Assembly (NCBI RefSeq): GCF_006345805.1
Contig: NC_042998.1
Span: 148,118,001-148,182,000, forward strand
Direction: 5' to 3'
DNA length: 64,000 bases
Origin: Octopus sinensis
Taxonomy: Eukaryota
The position numbers were made by a program, and so were the translations under genes. A model generated the notes under the pieces. That model saw nothing but the letters and a program-made list of their open reading frames with translations. It made no database searches and had not been told where the DNA came from. This document shows, piece after piece, positions 13,545 to 28,780 of the stretch (positions within the stretch are counted from its first letter, which is position 1; each line of letters starts with the position of its first letter).

Positions 13545-13633
13545 TTTCTTCCTGAAGAGAAAGACACAATATGGTCCCATTATTCAATCGGATTTTGGTA
13601 ATTTGTGCCTTTCGAAACACGTGTAGAATGAAA
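13545..13633 (+). ncRNA. Type I hammerhead ribozyme in the Penelope 3' repeat, with extended stem II
   Basis: TTTCTTC-CTGAAGA-GAAAG...CTTTC-GAAA-CACGTG-TA-GAATGAAA; palindromic stem III ACACGTGT; predicted cleavage after A13625. Confidence 0.8.
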
Positions 13634-13844
13634 TAAAACGATTTCTGTTCAATCTGCGTTCAGCTCCATTTCTTCAATTCACCAATAATGTTTTAATTTC
13701 AATTATCCGCACCAACGCACGGTTTGCAACGCCAGATGGTTTGTACCTCCAACCGTGCTGTTCACTGCTGTGATTTTTGCTACTAAGGTATCGGTTAAAC
13801 TTTTGATTAATCCACTACAAGATTATTCATCTTTCTATTTCACA

Positions 13845-13881
<37 letters not shown>

Positions 13882-13967
13882 ATATATATATGCATGTATA
13901 TAACATGTAGATGTAGGTACGTACATATATGTATGTATGTATGCATATATTCTATTTATTAAATTAT

Positions 13968-14009
<42 letters not shown>

Positions 14010-14403
14010 TGTATACCCGAAATATGGTCTTTTGCGACTGAAACAGCTGTCTGGTTACTTAAATTAAATAAATAACCCATATTAGTATCAAAACCTGTTC
14101 CATTTATTTGGTGACATTTATTGGACTCCGTCTAATAAATTGATTCTTCTAATGATTTTTATTTATATATTTTCAAACGGAAATGATAGGAATCCCTTAA
14201 ATAAAGTATGATAAAAAAAACCTTGGAAACCTAGGGAATAGTGCCTTAAACGGAAGAAGTATGTTCATCCAGAAAATGTAATATAATATAATATAATATA
14301 ATATAATATAATATAATATAATATAATATAATATATTATAATATATACAATTTTATATATATTGTTGTATTTGGGGATGGTCATGTTGCCAGTTTAACCA
14401 ATG

Positions 14404-14436
<33 letters not shown>

Positions 14437-14715
14437 TGTATGTATGTATGTATGTATGTATGTATGTATGTATGTATGTATGTATGTATGTATTTATGTA
14501 TGTATGCATATATATACGCGTCTATATATGAATATGCATGTCTGACTAGCTGTCTCTGTCTCTCTCTCTCAATTCTTTTTTGTAAAAGTTTGATGAACTT
14601 TATTCTACAAAAAGTATTGACATAGAAACAAGCAGTTATACTCATGCACACATAACATACACACACACACGCACGCGCACGTATGTATGTGTACGTGTAT
14701 GTATATAGTCCAGAA

Positions 14716-14969
14716 CAGTGTTGCTCAACTATTTTTTACCTCTTGTCCCCTCCTTGCGGTCCTATTTTGCTCAGGTGGACCCTTCTAGCCATTTGATATA
14801 TAAAAAATCATATATTTTTATAATTCAATATAATTAGGAATTGCATATAAATAATTCTTACAATATTTTGCGTAATGGAAAAGTATAACCACAATGTTTC
14901 AGATAATTTTAACAATAAAATGTAATATGGAACCCCAAGAGCCATATCGGCCCTGGTTGAGAACTACTG
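14716..14969. mobile_element. hAT-type MITE
   Basis: TIRs CAGTGTTGCTCAAC / GTTGAGAACTACTG; flanks GTCCAGAA and ATTTAGAA resemble a degenerate 8-bp TSD. Confidence 0.65.
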
Positions 14970-15197
14970 ATTTAGAATGTCAATATGGTTCTGGTGTGTG
15001 TATGGTGTAGTATAGAGTGTGTACTGCTTGTATAACAGTGAATTGGAGATGCTGGGTATATATTAGCCAAGTTTCTGGCGGTGAGAGTCGGAGGATGCAC
15101 GGAACGATAGCGGGGATGTATGTAATGATAAAAGATAATAATTGTAGTATTGCTGTAAATTATAGGCGGTGAGTGTGTGTTTATTTGTGAGTGTGTA

Positions 15198-15267
<70 letters not shown>

Positions 15268-15772
15268 AGAAGGAAAGAAAGAGAGATAGAGAGAGAGAGT
15301 GAAAGAAAGAAGAATGAAAAAAGAGAATACGGCGTTAAAAGAGTTGCAAATATTTCTTATCTTTGAAGCGAGAAAGAAAAACCTACCAGCTATAATGATA
15401 ACAGAAACGACAACAACAACAGCAGCGACAACAACAATATGTTAATGAGATATGTTATATAATTTGTTTTGAATGTTTGTGATTTGGTTGTTTTATAAAT
15501 TAAGTGTAACTAACATGTTAAATTTATTATTTGGAGTAGCTTCCGTGAGAGGTGAATAGGCGAAAGACGAAGAGAATATACAACAACGATAATAGCAACA
15601 GGTCAGTTTGAGTTGGTTACTTGTTGGTTTTGAGAAATGTTATAAAAATGTATGTATGTATGTCCGTATATATGTATGCTTGTGTGTATGTGTGTGCATG
15701 TATGTCTGCTTGCATGCATGCATGTTTGCATGCATGCATGCTTGCATGTATGTATGCAAGTACCTATGTATG

Positions 15773-16601
15773 TCATTGTTTAGTTTTATTTCAATATTAC
15801 TTGCCAATAGAGAAAGAGCCGGTTTCTAACCTAAATTCAAGGCTCCTTCATTGCAATTTCAACATCAACAACAGGGTGTTTTTGTTGGTATGTATGTATA
15901 TGTGCAGATTTGTATGTTTTGCTTCATGTATGTATTCTCATGCATATAGTTGCCTATCTAGGCATGCTCATATATATTTAAGTTTAAACTTCTGGAAAAT
16001 TTTATAAATTTTGACAGTTCCAGTGATGGATTGGATCTGTAGTCTTCGAATTAGCTTTCTCTTTGCTGGTTTTGAGAAGCCTGATTTCTCAAGATTGGTA
16101 TTTAGGCATTGTGTTACATATCTCAGGGTCCCTATAATTACAGGTATAAACCTGAACTTGTAATCTGGAAAGAGTAACTGTAGATTTCTCAATAGTTCAG
16201 CGTAGGTATTATCCTTTTCACTGATCTTTAACTTTATACTAATTTCCTCAACTGTGAACTGCTTCTCTTCTCTATCCCAAATCATTATATCAGGTCTGTT
16301 GTGCTTACATTTTATTGAGGTCTTCATTGGGACATTCCACCAGTACTCCTTTTTATTATTAGTGGCCATGGCTTCTACTGTTGGTTCTTATTTCTTTGTC
16401 CTTGGATTTACGCTTCCGACGGATTTCATTATTGAGTGTCCTAGCTACAACATCACATCTCATCGGTAGGTAATACCGTGATGACGTTTTCGGACAACTG
16501 CTTATGATGTGGATGATATCTTCGGTGTTTTCTCCACAAAGTCTACATCGGTTGTCACATTTTACTGCTTTTCCTGCATCTCTATCCCTTTTGTGCATCA
16601 A
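15773..16601 (-). mobile_element. 3' fragment of an RLE-type (R4/Dong-like) non-LTR retrotransposon with (CATA)n tail
   Basis: Zn knuckle CRLCGENTEDIIHIISSCP and RLE motifs RPDIMIWD...FIPVIIGTL (ORFs 16359-17003 and 15968-16369); the 3' UTR ends in a (TATG)n array. Confidence 0.85.
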
Positions 16602-16968
16602 GTATGTATGTATGTATGTATGTATGTATGTATGTATGTATGTATGTATGTATGTATGTATGTATGTATGTATGTATGTACATGTACGTATGTGTGTATG
16701 TATATATGTATGTATGTTTGTATGTATGTAAGAATGTATATGTATGTGTGTATGTATGTGTGTGTATATGTATGCATGAATGTATATATGTGGCTGTGTG
16801 TGTATGTATGTATGTATGTAGACATGCGTGCATGTATGTATGTATGTATGTATGTATGTATGTATGTATGTGTGCATGCATGTATGTATGTATGTATGTA
16901 TGTATGTATGTATGTATGTATGTATGTATGTATGTATGCATGTATGTATGTAAGAATGTATATGTATG

Positions 16969-17071
16969 TCATTGTTCAGTTTTATTTCAAGATTTCCTGC
17001 CAATAGAGAAAGAGCCGGTTTCTAACCTAGATCCAAGGCTCCTTCATTGGAATTTCAACATCAACAACAGA
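16969..17071 (-). mobile_element. ~100-bp 3'-end copy of the same RLE LINE inside a (TATG)n array
   Basis: Near-identical to 15773-15875; TATG repeats on both sides. Confidence 0.8.
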
Positions 17072-17087
17072 GTATGTATGTATGTAT

Positions 17088-18010
<923 letters not shown>

Positions 18011-18112
18011 ATGTATGTATGTATGTATGTATGTATGTATGTATGTATGTATGTATGTATGTATGTATGTATGTATGTATGTATGTATGTGTGTGTGTGT
18101 ATGTATGTGTGC

Positions 18113-18147
<35 letters not shown>

Positions 18148-18268
18148 TATATATACATATGTGTATATATCATGTACGTATAATTATAAAATCTCAAGAT
18201 GAGATAGAGTAGTAACGTATACTAAACAGTAAAGCGAGTAGTCACATCGAAGTGGCAGATGAATGTTT

Positions 18269-18347
<79 letters not shown>

Positions 18348-18646
18348 ACACACATATATATATATATATTTATAACTTTCGTTATTGGCTACACGGGGCT
18401 GAACACAGAGGGGACAAATACAAATGTAGAGTTTTTCTTTTCGAAGAACGGAAAAGAAAAAGGAAAAAATGGAAACAAATGTAAAATTCGATCAAAAGGG
18501 ATCGTGTATCACAGAAAGAAATTTTTTTTAAAAGGTAAGAAACAAGATTAGGTTCATCCGTAGAAAGAAAAACCTACAGAAAAGATCGCGGTAACCTCAG
18601 GCAAGGAGGAAATAAACACATGAGAGCAAAGTGCTCTCTTTCTCTC

Positions 18647-18715
<69 letters not shown>

Positions 18716-19170
18716 GATAGATAGATAGATAGATCCTGCCCCCATTTCAAACGCTACTAGCTGCAGCCATGCTTGTCCCCGTTTGTCGATTAGAGCTGTA
18801 AAAGGTAATGGCAGATTGGAACCAGTCGGAGGACGGAGTTACCCTGATTGCTCTTTAGGTCAATAAGATTTGCTAACTGGACCGGTCTAAGGGAGATAAC
18901 TAGTCCCGTTTAGGGCTCAAAAAGTGCCGAATTATTTTATCGTCTGGGGAGAGTAATTCTTTTTTAGTGCCTTATTATTTGTGTCTAATTATTCTTTTAG
19001 TGTCTAATAGTTCTTTTGTTTACAAATCAACCGACCGTAACGGTTTTCTATGTCCAGTTTGATGAGAAGTTACATGCCCTCAACCAATAGAATCTGACGA
19101 GTCGTCTATAAAGCTAAGCGCTTTATGGATTCGAAACCATAACATATATTTAACTTTGTGTATATCTATT

Positions 19171-19273
<103 letters not shown>

Positions 19274-19311
19274 ATCTATATATATATCTGTCTGTCTATC
19301 TATCTATCTAA

Positions 19312-19378
<67 letters not shown>

Positions 19379-19380
19379 AG

Positions 19381-20380
19381 CATTCTATAGGGGATTAGTG
19401 GAGGGGAGGTACGACGACGAGCTCGGGGCGAACCTGGACGTCGACGAGGATAACCTGACCCGCCTGTTCGGGACGACTTCCGGGCCAGGGCCCATGGACA
19501 ACTTCCAGAGATCCCTGACCTGGCAGTGCTACCGAGAAGCGCTACTCGTTCGGGATAAGCTCTACAGACACGGCTCGAGAAACACGGGCCGACCTTTCCG
19601 AGATGTGGTCAGAGCGACGAAACCGTTCTGCACGCACTCGTGCAGTGTCCAACAATTTCCGAGCTGTGGGCTTATGTCGAACAACTGCTGTCACGTGTGG
19701 GCAGAGTCGGTTTATCAGCTGAGTCTATCGTCAATATTGTCACGTCTCCTTCCTTCAAACGGGAAGGAAGAGCTATTTTCATCATCCTTGTGGCTATGGC
19801 GAAAGAATGTATCTGGTGGACGCGTCTGAAAGGATTGGAGACAAACACTTACCTCTCTGGTCAATCTCTCATCAACTTCTTCAAGTACCACTTGAAAAGG
19901 AAAGTGAGAGTAGAGAGGCAAGTTTTCTCTAGCGAATAAAAAAAGATGGGTGAATGTAGCAAGGATGGCACGTATGAATGACGAAGCCACCTTGAGCATA
20001 ATCCTATGAACCCAGAAATTGAAAACAGAGGGTTACCCACTTGCAAACAATTGTGGTAACATATAACAATATTGACCGAGGTTACCGTGGTCTTTTTCGT
20101 AGGCTTTTCTTCCCACGGGTAAACCTTATCTGCTTCCCCCTTTACACCGTACATCATGATACTGTGATACACGATCCCTGTTGATCGTTTTTTTCCTCTT
20201 CCCCTTTTTTCCTCTTTTTTCTTTTTTCTTTTCTTTTGTTTCTTTTCCTTTTTTTTCTTTTTCCCCTTTTACGATCCCTTTTGATCGAAAACCTACGCCA
20301 CTTTTTTTTTCATCCCCCAAAAGAAAAGCTCTACCTTGTAATTTGTCCCATCTGTGTGCAGCCCTGTGTGGCCAATAAAG
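19381..20380 (+). mobile_element. 3' fragment of a Tx1/L1-like LINE (ORF2 C-terminus and 3' UTR)
   Basis: Frameshifted C-terminal region (REALLVRDKLYRHG; QCPTISELWAYVEQLL...AKECIWWTR); pyrimidine-rich 3' UTR; (TATC)n on both sides. Confidence 0.7.
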
Positions 20381-20403
20381 AAACTTATGTATCTATCTAT
20401 CTA

Positions 20404-20449
<46 letters not shown>

Positions 20450-20458
20450 CATCTATCT

Positions 20459-20489
<31 letters not shown>

Positions 20490-20511
20490 CGTCCGTCCGT
20501 CCGTCTGTCTG

Positions 20512-20591
<80 letters not shown>

Positions 20592-20593
20592 GC

Positions 20594-20628
<35 letters not shown>

Positions 20629-20644
20629 ATATGCTTACTCATCT

Positions 20645-20679
<35 letters not shown>

Positions 20680-20734
20680 CTGTCTGTCTATGTTTGTATG
20701 TATGTATGCATGTATGCATGTGTGTATGAATAAA

Positions 20735-21760
20735 GGCATGTTCTATTCTATTTTTAATTATTTAAAATATCCCTGTAAGGAAGGAGCTGGTTTCTAACAA
20801 AGATACAATGCACCGTTGTTGGCAAGTTGATTACAAAAATAAATCAACATTTTGAACTTGAGAAAATCTTGCAAACTTATACTGTTCCGCTTACATTTTA
20901 TATTTGTGTAATATGCAAATTAGCTATTTGATTTTTTCTCTCTGAAAGCCCCAGCTTTTCCTGATTGTCGCTTAACTAAGCCATGTGCACCAATTATTAT
21001 TGGTATGGATATGAATTTATAAACTGGATAGAGAAGCTAGAGTTTTCGAAGAAATTGCTCGTAGCTCTCCTCTTTATCTTTGATTTTCAAAGAGATATTC
21101 ACATCAGCAGGATAGCTGACCTCCGTGACGGTACATACTTTTTCTTGTCTGTCTCAAACAATAACATTCGGTCTGTTATCTACAATTGATAAAATTTTTG
21201 ATGGGATTATTGCATATTGCACCAATACTCTTTGTGTTGATGTATTCAGTAACAGGGATGAGGTTCTCTTTCTTTATTCCAGGACAGTATTATTTTCGAA
21301 TCGCATAGGGAAGCCGTACTTTAATGACATTTTTGGATAACTACTGATCACAGAAATATGACATAATCCACATTTCCGATTGCATCTTGGTGCTCCAAAG
21401 GCTTCACTGATCGTTTTGTTTATTGAGTATTTTGCAGCTATCCCCTATCTGGATTGCAGACACATAGCTTTCGAATTGTTATGTGATTAGCGGTCACGAG
21501 TCGAAGAGAGGCTGTACTTTATGTCGATATTATTGTCTTCTCTCTCCCTTTTTTTTTTGGTATGCTGATCGTTTCACATTCAAGTCATCTTTGAGTTATA
21601 TTTGTAAGGCTGTTATGGGGGTTGTATGAGAGAATGCTTCTTGAGGAGTTCACTACCGACACATAGTATGTCATTCTCTTCGCTTGTTTAGCAGGTTCTC
21701 TCTGAGAGAGACTACACTAAAGACATTGTAAAGCTGCCTGTACTGATCTCAAACTTCTAT
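20735..21760 (-). mobile_element. Decayed RLE-type LINE 3' fragment, related to 15773-16601
   Basis: Minus-strand remnants DNRPNVIV, EVSYPAD, YKFISIPIIIGAHG; TATG repeats near both ends. Confidence 0.65.
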
Positions 21761-22044
21761 CTCCTTCATATCTTTTTATGTGGAACCTGTTAGTATCTCT
21801 GTTTCCGTGGAAATCTCCATTTGATTGCAGGATCTTGTGTGTTTTATGGGGTGAATTTCCTGCACAGACCAGTCAGTTATTTCAAATATTGGAATCAGCA
21901 CTACAAATGTGGGGAGTTCAGACTGCCATATGTATGTATGTATGTATTATGTATGTATGTATGTATTATGTATGTATGTATGTATGTATGTATGTATGTA
22001 TGTATGTTCACACACACACACTATACACACACATACATTGTATA

Positions 22045-22120
<76 letters not shown>

Positions 22121-22336
22121 TATATATATATATATATATAATGTATCTATATATATATATGTGTATGTGTGTATCTGTGTGTGTGCGTGTGTGTGTGCGT
22201 GATTAAAAATCATGAGTACAGAAAAACCAAGCACTCATTACGGAATTGAGTATGTATATAAAATACAATAAGGCGGCGAGCTGGCAGAATTATTAGGTTG
22301 CCGGACAAAATGCTTAGCGGCATATTATATATATAT

Positions 22337-22409
<73 letters not shown>

Positions 22410-22423
22410 GCCGCTAAGCATTT

Positions 22424-22499
<76 letters not shown>

Positions 22500-24123
22500 C
22501 GAGAATTAAGGACAACTCTGAACAACGAAACCACAAGGTATAATATTCAAAGATAACAAGTATATCAAACAAAAAATTCCCATCATCGGTTGCTTAAAGG
22601 ACATTATTGTTTTTGACAACCGGGCAGTATTATTCAATTCAGTGATGTCGCTAGCGTTAGAAATATAGTTAATAAACAAGTAACAGGAGCAAAATATATT
22701 AGTCGAGTATATCCATTACATCTACACTTATTATTATTACAATAATATTACAAAAAAAAAAAAGCACCAATAAAACAAATAAATATCTCCCAAAAGAACG
22801 TTGCTACTTAAAAAATTATAGAACTAAAACGTACTATCGAACTGAATGCATTGGGCAAAAATTTATGAACCACCGTATGGTAAATAATAATAATCCAAGG
22901 AATATTTAATCTAGGACTTGAAACATATAGATTAATTAAAGAACATAGACCAGTATGCATTGTTGATCTACAATCCATAACACATTCCAAACACAAAAAC
23001 ACACTAAAAACGAACCGAATGTAGACTAGAACATCACCATGTCTCTTTAACCATTTAACCAGTAGGATCCAATCATTGCCAAACCATTCGAGATAGAAAT
23101 AAACCGGTATAGATGAATATCGGTTGAATATAAATCTAATTATAGGAAATAAAATAAACGAATAATTTCTCATTAACATCTTATAAATGATATCGTATAA
23201 GTTTTACAAGAACATCCAAATCGCAATGAAAATATTAAAATGAAAACGATATAAATGTAAACTAACTGAATAACATATCATTTAACCATAAGGCATTAAC
23301 TGCCAACGACCTGGGAATAATTCAAAAGAAATATGTAACTATTGAATAAACTTAATTGTAAAAAGTATTTAAGCAAATATTTTCACTTTAAACCTATAAA
23401 TATTAAGAAAATAACAAAAACAACAAATCATAAAGAAAGTATTTCTTATTTAAAATAAAATAACACCACATACGGCAAAGAAATTAATGAAAGCACCGAC
23501 CTACATCTTCACATCATTACTGTCTGAAGTTAAAGTACTGCTAGCATTCAATCAGCGGAAGACCCTACCTACTTTCAAGAGGAATTGACGTTGTACACAA
23601 TGATACAAAACAATATATGACAACTTACTCACAAATTGCAAAGCTCCGGTTTGACTTTCAGCAGTAATTAAAACTAAATCATTCTGTAAAGTTTTGCTCA
23701 GTTGAAAACTAGAGATCATTCTATATTTTTTCCAAAGCTCCTGTGTCTCGAAGCAACAGTTTAATCAACATTTAACTAGCATTTTCTTGTTTTTCTATAC
23801 GATTCGTTTACTTCTGAAGTCTATCACAAAACATTCCGATCTTATTTATATTTCTACTGAACCTAAGAACTTGACTGGAAAACACATACCCTACACTCAA
23901 AGGAATTCTACTTTGTGCCCAAGGTGAGAATGCAATACAAAAACTAAACTTATCAATTATATTATAAATATTAATCATAATTTTTTTAGTTACTCTAACC
24001 ACCTTGTCACCTGAATTGTCAACCTCATCTGGTAATTCACAACTTGTATTAACTTCGAGACCTTCCGGACACATTTCCGCAAGCAAATATTAAAAAATGT
24101 CGATGTATCTGCAGCATCCACTG

Positions 24124-24159
<36 letters not shown>

Positions 24160-24944
24160 TAAATAAAGGCTATAGTTACCACCCATCAGAATAACCTTAA
24201 TTTGTTTAAAAAGATTATTGTCAGTATAATATATGCGTTATTAATGATAAAGTATTATTAACGACAAACCATTTTATCTGCACTTAGACAAATAAACTTC
24301 ACCGTTTATATAATGAAAGTATATTTATAACCGTTATTAAACACTATATCAGTAACTTAAGATATACATTGTTACATTCTTCTATTCTTCTTAGATCATG
24401 ATTAGTATAAGCTTGTTTAAAAATTCATTATTCGACTTTTTTCTCCAAAATAAATTAACACCTGAATTGCAAAACATTCTTACCCAGTACCCCATAAAAG
24501 ACGACCTTTTGAAATTGGGGATACGTTTTTACCTAAAATGTTTTCATACAAAAGTATAACTGTAAAAATATTAGCGTATGTTTTTTAAAAAAGCGTTTAA
24601 AATAAAAAGAAAATCACATTTTACCGAAAAAATTTCGTATAAAAAAAGTTAGTGCATGTTTTCACCAAAGAATTATTACAGAAAAGGGAAAATCACATTT
24701 TACTAACTGCTTTACGACCTTTTCAGTTTACCAAGCTTAAAGTATGTTCGTTAATGCAACATTCTTACCCAATGAGTTTAGTGGTGTTTAGAGTTTCATT
24801 TCATGAAAGATTCATTTAACGAAAGCCTGTGTTAATCTGTTTACGCTCATAGTTTGACTAATCCCATTTTTTGTATTTTACAGTTCTTTACCATTCGATT
24901 TCACCGATTAACATATTCATTGCATCACCATAGCAGTGGCCATA

Positions 24945-24993
24945 ATGTTCCAGCATCTTTTAGTGCTTTTTCTAGGTTGTTTCCTAACTACAG
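24945..24993 (+). CDS. PLA2: Secreted phospholipase A2, coding exon 1 (signal peptide MFQHLLVLFLGCFLTT); upstream acceptor at 24882-24883 implies an unlocated 5' UTR exon
   Basis: ATG at 24945, hydrophobic leader, phase-1 donor G|GTAAGT at 24994 that matches the phase of exon 2. Confidence 0.75.
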
Positions 24994-25263
24994 GTAAGTT
25001 CGTCTTTTCTATTTTCCTCAATTTGTCGACATTTTATAAGGTACATCATTCAGCATATGTATTTCTTTACTTTGCTGCTTTATTCGAAATTCAAGTGAGT
25101 GTCGTGATGTCAAAAACAGACTCCTTACAATTAGATGCCAGTGATGCATTTTCGATTACTTGTCACTATTATTTCTCTTATTATAGTTATTTCTAGAATA
25201 GGTAAGCAGGTGGCTCATATGTTATTGGATAAAGAATTCCATGTAAGCTATATATTCCGTCTT

Positions 25264-25456
<193 letters not shown>

Positions 25457-26009
25457 AAACATTAAAAAAACAAAAAGAAAAATCATAGTAATGTAGAATA
25501 TCTTCAATCACGGAAATTATTAGTTACCACTTCGAGAAATCAAGGGATGTCCAGAGTGAAAGATAATTGTGTTTGGTATTTACTTGATCGAAGAATTAAT
25601 AAAATCCTTCGTAAAAGATAATGTCAGTTAGCAGCTCCCTAGGTGAAAATCCGAGGAGAAATCATGCCAAACGATAGGCCTTAGATTTGAGTTGGATATA
25701 TGTATGTATATATGTGTGTTGGTGTGTGTGTGTGTGTGTTGTAGGTATGTATGTATGTATGTATGTATGTATGTATGTATGTATGTATGTATGTATGTAT
25801 GTATGTATGTATGTATGTATGTATATGTATATGATGTATCTATGTATATACACTCTCCTTCTCCTCCTCCTTCTGTGTCTCTATGATTCTTTCATTATCC
25901 CTGTGTGTGTAGCGTTCATTTACTCATTGCCTGCTACTAAGCTTTGCATATGCTCTCATCCCCTGTCTTGTTTTTACTTACCCTTCCTCTCTCTCTGTAC
26001 GATGTAAAG

Positions 26010-26510
26010 CATGATTGGGGAAACCAACCAATACTTAACAGCCGTTCTCACGGCAGCCGGTTTCGGTCCCGTTTTCCGTGGCTGGATCGCTGCAATTTAC
26101 AGCCACAGTCCTCGGTAGTTCGGGTGAATGGTTACCTATCGAAACCATTCAACATCCTGTGTTTGGTCCGCCAAAGGTGTCCCCCGCGTCTTCTGTATGT
26201 ACTGGCTCTTGAGCCATTACTACGGAAACTGGAGGCATTGACAGGAATCCTGCGCGAACTAGGACATGGGAGAACTGTGTCAGCATATGCAGACGACGTT
26301 ACCATCGTACTGTCAAACAGCAGGCACATAGACCTAGTCGGCACTGCTCTAAAAGAATACGAGGTGGTGACAGGAGTAAAAATTAAACAAGAAAAGTCAG
26401 TGGGCCTGCAGCTCAGAACCTGGAGAGGCAGGTCCATGTCGTCCAATAACGTCGTGGGACGCTGGACAGGGGGACCGGTTAAATTGCTGGAGGTCTTGTT
26501 TAGGCAGAAC
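26010..26510 (+). mobile_element. Tx1/L1-like LINE reverse transcriptase fragment
   Basis: VRQRCP-RLLYVLALEPLL...VSAYADDVTIVL...KSVGL (ORF 25944-26513), a degenerate QGCP / YADD RT core. Confidence 0.8.
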
Positions 26511-26568
26511 TAGTAATTTCAGTTAGGGAAGTGAACGAAATCAGCAAAAAAAAAAAAAAAAAAAAAAA

Positions 26569-28780
26569 GGGACCAGATGGAGTTCAAGGCTACTGGATCA
26601 AAAGATTTAGTGAATGTCATACACGAATAGCTGCGCAACCTAATACCTTGTTAAATGCCGACCGAGTAACACCAGAGTGGTTGACAATGGATATGACAGT
26701 GTTGTGCTTGAAAAACATCGAAAAAGGCAATACGGTAGACAATTACAGGCCGATATCCTGCTTGCCACTTATATGAAAATTATTGATTGGAATAGTCGCA
26801 GAGTCAATGTACGGACATCTGGAAAAAAATGGCGTCTTGCCACACAAGCAAAAGGGTTGCAGGCGTAAGTGCAGAGGGACCAAGGATCAATTCCTGGTAG
26901 AAAAAAAACTGTACTTTGAGATTGCAAGAGGAGGAAAACTAACTTAGCCATGTCATGGATGGAGTATCGTAAGGCGTACGATATGATCCCACATTCTTGG
27001 ATTATGGAATGTATGAATCTATTTGGTATTGCATCGAATTCTGAGCGATTGCTCGGAAAAAAGTATGGTGAAGTGGAGGATGGAACTGACAGTATATGGA
27101 AGAAGTTTAGGGACAATAGAAATCAGGAGAGGCATCTTCCCATGAGACTGCCTGTCCCCACTGAGCTTTGTACTGTGCTTGATACCACAAACACTGATTC
27201 TGAGGAAAGCAAAGGTTGGGTGTATATTTTAAAAGCCGCCAACATAAAGTCAACCACTTGTTATTCATGGATGACCTCAAACTTTATGGTAAAGATGAAT
27301 CCCAAGTTAATTCTCTCGTTAATACGGTGTTAACTTTCAGTACTAATATCAGAATGGAGTTCGGACTGAAAAAGTGTGGCGTGTTAGTCTTGAAGGGAGG
27401 CAAAATCAAATGTATGGACGGGTCAGCGATCCCGTCGGGGAAGGCTATGAAGCAAATAGAAGAGACGGGCTATGGATAAATGGATAAATTGATAGAGAAA
27501 GAAATGACAGAAAAATTTAAGATGGATTACTTGCGCAGACTGAGACTGATCCTTAAGTGGAAATTAAACGAACCGAATAATATTGAAGCTATCAACACCT
27601 CGGCGGTTTCACTTCTTAGATATGGAGCAGGGGTAATCGCATGGACAGTAGACGAACTAAACAGCTTAGACAGAAAGGCAAGGAAGTTGCTCTCTAGATA
27701 TGGGATACTCTACCCCAAAAGTGACGCAGACAGACTGTAAGTACCAAGAAAAAAGAGGGGGAAGAGGACTGATTGGATGCGAATACAGCATTAGAGCAGA
27801 ATAAAACAACATAGCATAGTATGTAAAAAAATGCCATAGAACCACTATTATTGGAAGTAAGAATGTCAGGCTTGTGTAGGATGATAAACTGCAAAGATAA
27901 AGCTCTGTACAAGCACTTGAAAATGAATGAAACTGAAAATAGGTGGATAAAGAAAAGAAAGCATGGGATGTTGAAAATAACACAGACAGAGAAAAAAGAT
28001 TGCTATGGATGACTAAAAGTGATTTAAAACCGGAAACGGAGGCTCTAATCTGTGCTGCTCAAGAGTAAGCACTAATAATGACTTACACATCAGAAAGTTT
28101 TAAGTGCAGAATTTGTGGACAAAACGGTGAAGCCGTACGGTATATTACCAGTCAATATAAGCCACTAGCCCAGAAAGAATATAAGAGACGTCATGACAAT
28201 ATAGCAAGGATTGTCCATTGGACACTTTGCAACAAGTCCGGACTTGACAGAGCAAAAAGGTGATACGAACATAAACCCGAAAGCTTCATCGAAAATGATA
28301 ATGCAAAGATCCTGTGGGATTTTATGATTCAGTGCAACCATGAGATAGAGAATAGGAGAGACAGCAAACGATGCTGGATCATAGATGATAAAGAAAGCAA
28401 ACGATGCTGGATTATAGATATAGCATGCCCAGCTGACAACAAGGTATGCGATAAGGAAGAAAGAAAAGTCGATTGATATGACAGGTTAGCTTTGGAGGTT
28501 AAGCAGTTGTGAATGCTGGAAATGGTGGTAGTAGTACCAATAATTGGAAGCAGTGAGTAAAAATCTCGAGAAGTACATAGAACAAATAGAGGCTGTAATA
28601 AAAGTAGAACACTTGCAGAAAACAGTACTGCTTGGAACCGCTCGAATACTCCGGATGGTGCTCGAAAATAATAAGGGGTATTACCTTGGATCACTGGTAG
28701 TGAACAGCTGGCACCGTATTACACCTCCAGCGAGCTGTGCAAAGACAATAAATAGCAACAACAATAATAATAATAATAAC
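26569..28780 (+). mobile_element. 5'-truncated R4/Dong-like RLE LINE ending in (AAT)n
   Basis: NYRPISCLP, KAYDMIPHSW, NHLLFMDDLKLY, CRICG...YKRRHD, KILWDF, IIDIACP, LQKTVLLGTARILR in shifting frames; (AAT)n at 28762-28780. Confidence 0.9.

Larger units (their letters stand above)
10806..13693 (+). mobile_element. 5'-truncated Penelope-like retroelement with inverted copy of its 3' terminal repeat at the 5' end
   Basis: RT C-terminus LYRDDCLF...NFLDVTLNL...PYHKP plus thumb in ORF 11222-12283; GIY-YIG (AVYQCKV...TYIGASS...NHYATFR...CNLCVSELFHIL) at ~12543-12941; arms 10806-11271 and 13234-13693 are near-perfect inverted repeats. Confidence 0.9.

Noticed and set aside
23808-24086. 92-aa minus-strand ORF as a protein-coding gene
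   Set aside because: Starts at TTG, has no recognisable motif, and no consistent exon chain could be built; kept only as part of a low-interest finding.
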